Assembly (NCBI GenBank): GCA_902566515.1
Contig: CACFIX010000005.1
Location: 318-64,317 of the forward strand
DNA length: 64,000 nt
Origin: an uncultured Candidatus Actinomarina sp.
GTDB lineage: Bacteria; Actinomycetota; Acidimicrobiia; Actinomarinales; Actinomarinaceae
Reading direction: 5' to 3'
In this document: positions 57,656 to 64,000 of the stretch, in pieces
Layout: every line of letters begins with the position of its first letter
How positions within the stretch are numbered: position 1 is the first letter of the stretch
Notes under the pieces: generated by a model
Database searches by the model: none
What the model was told of the DNA's origin: nothing
The model's input: the letters and a program-made list of their open reading frames with translations, nothing else
Translations under genes and position numbers: made by a program

Positions 57656-57870
57656 TGGCACAAGGTGTTGTTAAATCGTATGACCCAAATACCGGAAACG
57701 GGATTATATTATTAGATACTGACAAATCAGAAGTTTTTATTATTCCAGGTTCTCTTAAAGGATCTATCTTTAGAACATTAAGACAGGGCCAGAGAATAAA
57801 TTTTGAAATTGAAGCACAAGATGACGTAAATGTTGTCAAAAATATCCGAATTGGACAAGATAAGTACTAA
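57655..57870 (+). CDS. Small cold-shock-domain-like (OB-fold) protein
   Basis: 71 aa. 'MAQGVVKSYDPNTGNGIILLD' parallels 'MxxGTVKWFNxxKGFGFI', but the RNP1/RNP2 aromatic residues are missing. TAATG coupling to rpmB. Confidence 0.4.
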   Translation: MAQGVVKSYDPNTGNGIILLDTDKSEVFIIPGSLKGSIFRTLRQGQRINFEIEAQDDVNVVKNIRIGQDKY

Positions 57871-57878
57871 ACAACTTA

Positions 57879-59078
57879 ATGTCCTTAATTAATCTAGACT
57901 TATCCAACGAAGAAATAATTAACAAATATTTTAATGGTTTGTGCTGCGATAAATATACAGAACCTTCAGTGAAAGGAGGACAATCTAATGCAGATAATGC
58001 TTTAAACACACTAGATATTAAAAATTATGCAAAAACAAGAAATAATGTATTGCCAATTGAAAAAAGAGGTTCTTCTTATTTATCAGCTTATATACGACAT
58101 GGTTTAATTTCGTTACCGGAAATATGGAATTTTGTAGAAAAATTTGAATACCAAGATAAAACAAAATTCAGAGATGAGCTGTTATGGCAAGAATTTTCGA
58201 GGCATTTATACGCAATTGTAGGTAAAAATTCAAATGATTATTTAAATTATTCAATTAAATCGAATAAAAATATTGAAAAAAACTATCAAAACATGAATTG
58301 TATTAATTCAATTAAAACAGAGCTTGAAAGTACTGGATACATGGTTAATCAAACAAGAATGTGGTTTGCATCCCATTTTTCGTTGCGAACTGGAGATAAC
58401 TGGAGAAATTATGAAGATTACATGTTTAAACATCTAGTTGATGGATCAAGATTTGCAAATAGATTAGGTTGGCATTGGGTTATGGGCTCTCAAACTGGAA
58501 AAGTGTATGGTTTTTCAAAATTCCAAGTAGACAAAAGAGCGAAAAGTTTTTGTGACAACTGTGAGGTCAAATACAATTGTCCTATACAAAATTGGCCTGA
58601 AGAAATCAACATAACTAAGAAAACAACAGATGTTGATTTGAATCTTGAAACTAATTTTGGACCTGAAAGTATAAAAAATAATATTGATTCAAAACCTGAA
58701 TTTGTTTGGATAACTGCTGAGTCACTGGGAGACAATGATCCAGCATTGAATTATTATTCAAATCTTCCAGCTGTTTTTATTTTTGACAAACCTTTATTAA
58801 ATTATTTACAACTTTCAACTAAGAGAATTATATTTTTATTGGATTGTTTAAGAGAATTATCTAATAAAAGAAGTACTCATGTGTACTTAGATAATCCAAT
58901 TGAATATCTTAAAAATAAAAATTTTGCATGCACATTTGCAGCAGTCCCAAAATACAAAAAAATAACTCGAATAAATATTCCAACTTCCGAATTCCCCTCT
59001 GTTAGATTAGTAAAGCCTATTAATTTTTATCCATCGAGTTATAGTTCATGGAAAAAAAGAATAGATTTGAATATATGA
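57879..59078 (+). CDS. Photolyase/cryptochrome-superfamily protein with inverted domain order (NewPHL-like)
   Basis: 399 aa. The FAD-binding helical domain comes first ('SYLSAYIRHGLIS', 'ELLWQEFSRH', 'TGYMVNQTRMWFASHF', 'NRLGWHWVMG'). An alpha/beta photolyase-N-like segment comes last ('FVWITAESLGDNDPAL..PAVFIFDKP..STKRIIFLLDCLREL'). Confidence 0.6.
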   Translation: MSLINLDLSNEEIINKYFNGLCCDKYTEPSVKGGQSNADNALNTLDIKNYAKTRNNVLPIEKRGSSYLSAYIRHGLISLPEIWNFVEKFEYQDKTKFRDELLWQEFSRHLYAIVGKNSNDYLNYSIKSNKNIEKNYQNMNCINSIKTELESTGYMVNQTRMWFASHFSLRTGDNWRNYEDYMFKHLVDGSRFANRLGWHWVMGSQTGKVYGFSKFQVDKRAKSFCDNCEVKYNCPIQNWPEEINITKKTTDVDLNLETNFGPESIKNNIDSKPEFVWITAESLGDNDPALNYYSNLPAVFIFDKPLLNYLQLSTKRIIFLLDCLRELSNKRSTHVYLDNPIEYLKNKNFACTFAAVPKYKKITRINIPTSEFPSVRLVKPINFYPSSYSSWKKRIDLNI

Positions 59079-59497
59079 AAAGATATTTATTATTTTTATT
59101 TCTTTTCTTTCATAACTATATTTATATTTACTCAAACGGAAGAATCGGTAAATTTTTAAATAACCGTCCTTGTTTAATCCTTCATACAACTGGGGCAAAA
59201 ACAGATCTGGAAAGAAAAAATGTTTTGGTTTTTCTCAGAGAGGATAATGAAATTTGCATTGTAGCCTCAAAAGGTGGGAGTGATACTAATCCAGGCTGGT
59301 ATCACAATTTAAAAAAATATCCTGAGTGTGAAGTCCAAATTGGAAGAGAAAAATTTAAAGCAGTATCTAGAGAAATATTTGAAGATGAAAAAAATGAGTG
59401 GTGGAACAAAATGGATTATATGAATAACGGTGGCTACTCTGCTTATCAAAGAAGAACGGAAAGAAAAATTCCAGTATTAATACTAGATATTTCTTAG
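59075..59497 (+). CDS. Deazaflavin (F420H2)-dependent nitroreductase/DDN-family protein
   Basis: 'LILHTTGAKTDLERKNVLVF', 'ASKGGSDTNPGWYHNLKKYPECEVQIG' and 'RKIPVLILD'. ATG 59075 overlaps the upstream stop (ATGA). Confidence 0.75.
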   Translation: MKRYLLFLFLFFHNYIYIYSNGRIGKFLNNRPCLILHTTGAKTDLERKNVLVFLREDNEICIVASKGGSDTNPGWYHNLKKYPECEVQIGREKFKAVSREIFEDEKNEWWNKMDYMNNGGYSAYQRRTERKIPVLILDIS

Positions 59498-59550
59498 TCA
59501 CATTTTGCGCCTAAGAAAGTTTTGTAATTTATTTTAAAAATATCCCGTGT

Positions 59551-60186
59551 TTATAGACTTTTTAATATCTGATTTATTATTTCTATATCTAACATTTCAA
59601 CTATTTGATCCGCCTCACTCAGTTGTTCTGTAGAAAACATACCTCTGTCTACAGCTAAAACATAAGAGCCTGAAGCTTTACCAGATGAAATGCCGGTCGG
59701 ACTATCTTCGATAACTAAATTATTAGAAGTTCCCAATTTTTTTATTGCCTTATTGTAAATATCTGGATATGGTTTGTTTCTACTAACCTGATCTCCTCCA
59801 ATAACAAAATCAAAATAAGAATCAACCTTGAACTTTTGAAGTTTTTTATTTAATAAATCATATGGACTTGCAGATACACAGGCCTGTTTATGTTCTAGTT
59901 GCGATAATTGAAAAAGAAGTTGTTTTGAATCTTGAAATATTATTCTTTCATCTAGAGAGTTTTCAATTATTGAACCTAGCTTCGACATCGTTTGATCGAA
60001 ATTTTCTAGATCTACCTGATCCGAATAAAACGAATGTACTATCCTGTCATCAACTCCAATAAATTGTTTTATTTCATCTTCAGGGATACTTAATCCAAAT
60101 GCTTTTAAGTGTGTCTGCCATGCATAGGCATAGAGTCGCTCAGTATCCATGATTGTTCCATCACAGTCCCAAAGTATACCGAGCAT
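59551..60186 (-). CDS. HAD-superfamily hydrolase (beta-phosphoglucomutase-like subfamily IA)
   Basis: 211 aa. 'ILWDCDGTIMDTE' (DxDGT), 'VSASP' and 'VIEDSPTGI'. Confidence 0.8.
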   Translation of the reverse strand: MLGILWDCDGTIMDTERLYAYAWQTHLKAFGLSIPEDEIKQFIGVDDRIVHSFYSDQVDLENFDQTMSKLGSIIENSLDERIIFQDSKQLLFQLSQLEHKQACVSASPYDLLNKKLQKFKVDSYFDFVIGGDQVSRNKPYPDIYNKAIKKLGTSNNLVIEDSPTGISSGKASGSYVLAVDRGMFSTEQLSEADQIVEMLDIEIINQILKSL

Positions 60187-61268
60187 TAACCTAACTTACT
60201 TTTAATATCTTTTGCTGATTTTAATGCAGTCCCATCAGATCCTTCTGTGGACCAAGATGACAAAGAATTTCTGGCTTCAGAAATCATATCGTTCATTAAC
60301 TCAAATTTGCTAAACCCTTTTGACTCCCATAAGTAAAGTGCATGGCTACCGGGTATTGTATTAACTTCATTTATATATAATTCTTTTTCTTTCAATAGAA
60401 AATCTACCCTTGCTATTCCTCTAATATCAACAATTGACATAAATAAATCTAAAATTCGATTAATTTCATCTTTAATTTCTTTCGATATATTTGCTGGCAG
60501 TTCTCTTTTTGAACCTTCTAATCCACCATTTTCAAGATATTTGTCAGTGTATGAAAACAATTCAAAATTGTTTGATCTAATTGGCTTTTCAATATCTGAA
60601 TACTCAATTTGAGGAAATGATTTTACAGCAACCAACAAATCCGAGGATTCTTCAAGATACTTTTCAATGATTGCACCTTGGCTATATAAATCTGAATTTG
60701 AAGAAATGGTTATTGCGGTTTTATAATCGTCTACAACTTCTACACCAATTGAAGATCCTCCAAATCTAGGTTTTAGAATATATGGTCCCTTAAATTTTGG
60801 AAGAACTTTTTCTGATACTAAATGTTTTTCTAGAACTGGTATGTTATTACTATTCATTAAGGCAAAAAAAGCATACTTATCCATACATAATTGAGATGTG
60901 GTTAACGAAGGACCAGTAAAATCTATCTCTAATAAAGCAAATAAACTCTGTAATGTTCCGTCTTCACCTGGACCACCATGACATGAATTTACGATTAAAT
61001 CTATTTCTATTTTTTTCTTTTTAATGTAAAAACCAGGATTTGAATCGTACTTAATTGTTATCTCTTTCTTAAAAATATTTTTATTTTCAATGAAATCCTT
61101 AGATTCAAGATCATTATCAACTAAAAACCATCTGTTGTTACGAGACCAATAGATGTTCAAAACTTCATATTTTGATGACAATATTTTTGCAGCTTGTAAC
61201 CCAGTCAATATTGAAATGTCGTGTTCTGGAGATGGACCTCCATAAATGACTGCTAATTTGTTACTCAT
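60186..61268 (-). CDS. ddl: D-alanine--D-alanine ligase
   Basis: 360 aa. 'LAVIYGGPSPEHDISILTG', 'KPRFGGSSIGV' and 'ARVDFLL..LYINEVNTIPG'. Confidence 0.88.
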   Translation of the reverse strand: MSNKLAVIYGGPSPEHDISILTGLQAAKILSSKYEVLNIYWSRNNRWFLVDNDLESKDFIENKNIFKKEITIKYDSNPGFYIKKKKIEIDLIVNSCHGGPGEDGTLQSLFALLEIDFTGPSLTTSQLCMDKYAFFALMNSNNIPVLEKHLVSEKVLPKFKGPYILKPRFGGSSIGVEVVDDYKTAITISSNSDLYSQGAIIEKYLEESSDLLVAVKSFPQIEYSDIEKPIRSNNFELFSYTDKYLENGGLEGSKRELPANISKEIKDEINRILDLFMSIVDIRGIARVDFLLKEKELYINEVNTIPGSHALYLWESKGFSKFELMNDMISEARNSLSSWSTEGSDGTALKSAKDIKSKLG

Positions 61269-61271
61269 AAT

Positions 61272-62795
61272 TTAAGGGTGATGGTCAGGTAAATCATTTT
61301 CAAATAATACAACATCATTATCTTTCACCACAGAGTTTAGATAAGAAACAGCTAAATCTCTATTTTTAAAAAATTTAACTGGAACATTGTTATCTTCAAA
61401 AGCAAGTGTAAGTGATGTTTTGTTTGTAAATCCTACTACAAGGGCTTCATCTATAATCTCACTTGCATTAAAAGCAAACTCATAATTATATGTAAACTGT
61501 TCGGAACCTAGCTCTACCATTCCTGGGGTAATTAAATATTTTTTACCATTAGTTTCATATGAATGCAATAGTTCTAAACTTGCTAGATTTGAAATTGGGT
61601 TTGAGTTAAAAGAATTATCAATAATAATTTGGCCCATGTTGCCTTTTAATACATTCTGACGATGAGAGGTTTTCTCTAAATTTTCAATCTTTTGGAAATA
61701 TTCTATTATGTCCATCTCTAAAGCTATTAATACACCAACCGTCAATGCAATAGAGAGTTGTAATATTTTAGAACCTTTTACAGAGGTTATGAATTTACCT
61801 GATATGTAAATAGAATGTAGTGAATTTTCATAATCAACAAAGACAGCAGCATTTTTTGATGTTACTGAACAATCGATAACCATCTTTTGTGCAGTCCATA
61901 ATCTAGCTTGATTAAGTAGCAACTCATCATCTCCATTAATTATGACTGTACCTGTAAGATCAACAATCTCTGATTTTGCGTCAAGAATATTTTCTAGTGA
62001 TTTCATTCTTTCTAAGTGAACAGGGGCTATACCAGTTATAACCGAAATATGAGGCTTAACCCATGCACAAATTTCACGTATTTCCCCAAATCCATAAGTT
62101 CCCATTTCAAAGACAGCAATTTCATGTGAAGAATTTAAATCTTCATTAATTGATTTAGATATTCCAAGTCGATTATTAAAACTTTCTGGTGTAGCAAACA
62201 CATTGCTTTTGGTTGAAATTACTTGAGAAATAGTATTTTTAGTCGTTGTCTTAGAATATGAACCAGTAATTGCAATTATTGGGCCGTTGAATGTTGATAG
62301 CTTCTTTTCTGCTTCATTAACATAAATTTGAGATTTATTTTTTTCATAACCTTTTGTGATTCTAATAGCTTGATCAAATACATAATGAGAGAAAACATTT
62401 GCAATGAGTGCAAGAAAATAACCAAATCCTGAGTTTATTGATATGACTGATATGGAAATAATTAAAATATAGTAAACAATATTTAAACGTTTTAATCTTT
62501 CAGTAAATTCAACCTTTGATGTTCTGTCTTTAAATAATAGGCCCCTTGGTAGGAAAAGATTTATTATGGCTAGGCCAATTGCAGTGTATGGAGTCCAGAG
62601 GCTTAAAAAAGCTAATATGATGCTAAACAAATAATAAAGACTGTTAAAAGGTACTAATCTAACCCATCTAAAGTAAAACTTTGTTACATACCCAGGGATA
62701 TAATGTTCTCTCTGAGCAATCCTACCCCATCTTAAAGAATTTACGCATGAACTTAATGTAAGTAAAATTAAAACAGTTGTGTAAAGAATATTCAT
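61272..62795 (-). CDS. MurF-like Mur ligase fused to an N-terminal polytopic membrane domain
   Basis: 507 aa. The first 170 aa or so carry 4-5 TM segments. Then come 'IIAITGSYSKTTTK', 'ESFNNRLG', 'AVFEMGTYGFGEI', 'IIDNSFNSNP' and 'ITPGMVELG', which match the MurF central and C-terminal domains. Confidence 0.7.
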   Translation of the reverse strand: MNILYTTVLILLTLSSCVNSLRWGRIAQREHYIPGYVTKFYFRWVRLVPFNSLYYLFSIILAFLSLWTPYTAIGLAIINLFLPRGLLFKDRTSKVEFTERLKRLNIVYYILIISISVISINSGFGYFLALIANVFSHYVFDQAIRITKGYEKNKSQIYVNEAEKKLSTFNGPIIAITGSYSKTTTKNTISQVISTKSNVFATPESFNNRLGISKSINEDLNSSHEIAVFEMGTYGFGEIREICAWVKPHISVITGIAPVHLERMKSLENILDAKSEIVDLTGTVIINGDDELLLNQARLWTAQKMVIDCSVTSKNAAVFVDYENSLHSIYISGKFITSVKGSKILQLSIALTVGVLIALEMDIIEYFQKIENLEKTSHRQNVLKGNMGQIIIDNSFNSNPISNLASLELLHSYETNGKKYLITPGMVELGSEQFTYNYEFAFNASEIIDEALVVGFTNKTSLTLAFEDNNVPVKFFKNRDLAVSYLNSVVKDNDVVLFENDLPDHHP

Positions 62796-63499
62796 TTTTT
62801 AATTACTTCAATTATAATCTTCGAGCTACTCATTAATACATTGTGGCCACCACCAGGGATTATCGATAATTCAGAATTAGGAATTATATCATTTGAATCC
62901 AAACCTACTTGAAGGGGTACTTCTAAGTCTTTTTCTCCCCACACAAGTTCGACTTTAGTGTCTATATAAGGAAGAATGCCTTTCAAGTCATCATTGACTG
63001 CCATTACTAGTGTGTCTTTTAAATATTTATTTGCATTTTTATAATCTTCAGAACCATATTTATTTTTCATCTGATCTAACTTGTCATTATCAACTAATTT
63101 ATATTTATTCATTAACTTATAAAGGTTAAAGGCATTAAATGATTTTTTTGTATTTTGTTTTCTTATCAAAGGTGTACCAATTAACACTATCTTCTTATAA
63201 TTTTTTATCTGAGATAGGTGGACAGCTATTCTTCCACCAAATGAATGTCCAACTAAAACCTCAACAGAACTAGGAATTATATCAGCGAGATATTCAGCAT
63301 ATTTTTTTGGAGATAGGCTTTGTGGAAATGGAACAGATTTCCCAAATCCAGGAATGTCTAAGGAGATAGATTCAAATTCATTTTCTATATTCATAAAATC
63401 TTTAGAGCTTCTACCCCATCCATGAAGAAAGCAGACTTTTGGTTTATCAGAATTAATATTCGCAAGCGTCAAATTATCATCAAGAACTTTATATCCCAT
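62792..63499 (-). CDS. Alpha/beta hydrolase
   Basis: 235 aa. 'CFLHGWG', nucleophile elbow 'GHSFGG' and C-terminal 'GGGHNV'. Confidence 0.75.
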   Translation of the reverse strand: MGYKVLDDNLTLANINSDKPKVCFLHGWGRSSKDFMNIENEFESISLDIPGFGKSVPFPQSLSPKKYAEYLADIIPSSVEVLVGHSFGGRIAVHLSQIKNYKKIVLIGTPLIRKQNTKKSFNAFNLYKLMNKYKLVDNDKLDQMKNKYGSEDYKNANKYLKDTLVMAVNDDLKGILPYIDTKVELVWGEKDLEVPLQVGLDSNDIIPNSELSIIPGGGHNVLMSSSKIIIEVIKK

Positions 63500-63867
63500 T
63501 AATTGAGTCCTAATCCTAAAGTTTGAATAGCCCTAATCTCCATTCCCATCAAAAAGAATAAAGCAAAAGACCAGTATAAATAATAATTTAATCTCATCTC
63601 ATTTCGGTAAATATATAGAAATGTTAAAACGAATAAATTTACAATATTATAGAACATACTGAAAGAGCCAATTTCATTATTTTGGGAATAATATACAACT
63701 ATCAATACTTGTAGTAATACTGTTGCAAGAGAAAATGTTATTAAATAGTTGGTGACAGTAATGCTTACTTCAAATTTGCTGAATTTTATAAATAATAAAA
63801 TAAGACCTACAAATGCACACATAACAATACTTATATATGAAGGTAATTCCATATAGTAAAAATCCAT
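63499..63867 (-). CDS. Small polytopic membrane protein, unknown function
   Basis: 122 aa with about 4 hydrophobic segments. It is the first gene of the tightly overlapped five-gene minus-strand cluster. Confidence 0.45.
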   Translation of the reverse strand: MDFYYMELPSYISIVMCAFVGLILLFIKFSKFEVSITVTNYLITFSLATVLLQVLIVVYYSQNNEIGSFSMFYNIVNLFVLTFLYIYRNEMRLNYYLYWSFALFFLMGMEIRAIQTLGLGLN

Positions 63868-63929
63868 GTATCTATTTTAGTGGCTACAAAATTGAGTATT
63901 AATAATTAATCAGTTACAGTATTCATTAA

Positions 63930-64000
63930 TGGTTAATCTAATGAACAATGCTATCACTGAAAATGTGCCAAGTGCATGGTATAGCACTCTAGAAAATTTC
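63930..64000 (+). CDS. 5' end of an unidentified CDS running off the window
   Basis: Open frame MVNLMNNAITENVPSAWYSTLENF.. with in-frame ATGs at 63930 and 63942. '..P.sW...L..' loosely resembles uracil-DNA glycosylase N-termini, and ung is syntenic near ddl in other actinobacteria. It is too short to call. Confidence 0.25.

Noticed and set aside
1-64000. Search by eye for tRNA, rRNA, CRISPR arrays, IS elements, tandem repeats, and toxin-antitoxin or defence cassettes
   Set aside because: No intergenic region exceeds about 127 nt. None shows cloverleaf-like GC-rich structure, repeated spacers or terminal inverted repeats. No transposase-, Cas-, restriction- or TA-like translations appear in the ORF track.

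Overview
This window is about 64 kb of very AT-rich, extremely gene-dense bacterial chromosome. Hand counts of individual 60-nt lines mostly give 15-30% G+C. I support about 80 CDS. I saw no rRNA, tRNA, CRISPR array, transposase or long repeat. Neighbouring genes often overlap by 1-26 nt, including convergent gene ends.

The gene order is the classic actinobacterial core:
- rpsB-tsf-pyrH-frr-cdsA-rseP-ispG-proS-rimP-nusA-infB-rbfA-nrnA-truB-ribF-rpsO-pnp
- rpsP-KH-rimM ... trmD-rplS-lepB-rnhB
- recG-rsmD-coaD-x-yceD-rpmF-plsX-rnc-mutM-x-smc
- rpmB ... ddl

The window also carries F420-related genes (split F0 synthase cofG/cofH, an LLM-class oxidoreductase, a DDN-family deazaflavin reductase) and a possible mycothiol-type DinB/MDMPI fragment. 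By inference only, this points to a genome-streamlined, low-GC marine actinobacterium (Candidatus Actinomarinales-like).

Most of the window is ordinary housekeeping. The parts worth a second look are:
1. A four-gene translationally coupled operon. A GAPDH paralog that has lost the catalytic Cys sits directly in front of a canonical GAPDH, followed by RidA and a C26 amidotransferase. This operon plus cofG/cofH is inserted inside the normally contiguous rimM-trmD operon.
2. A compositionally distinct (about 40-50% G+C) umuC / umuD-like pair in divergent orientation around an 18-bp palindrome. umuC is followed on the same strand by a standalone member of the phage thymidine-hypermodification (aGPT-pyrophosphorylase / 5-hmdU-kinase helical) family.
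3. A MurF-like ligase whose N-terminal domain is replaced by a polytopic membrane domain, in a tight operon with ddl.
4. A shortened SMC with no recognisable hinge.
5. CofH carrying an unexplained N-terminal domain of about 235 aa.
6. An inverted-topology (NewPHL-type) photolyase translationally coupled to an F420-dependent DDN-family protein.

All product calls rest on motif recognition in the supplied translations and on memory of families. No database search was run.
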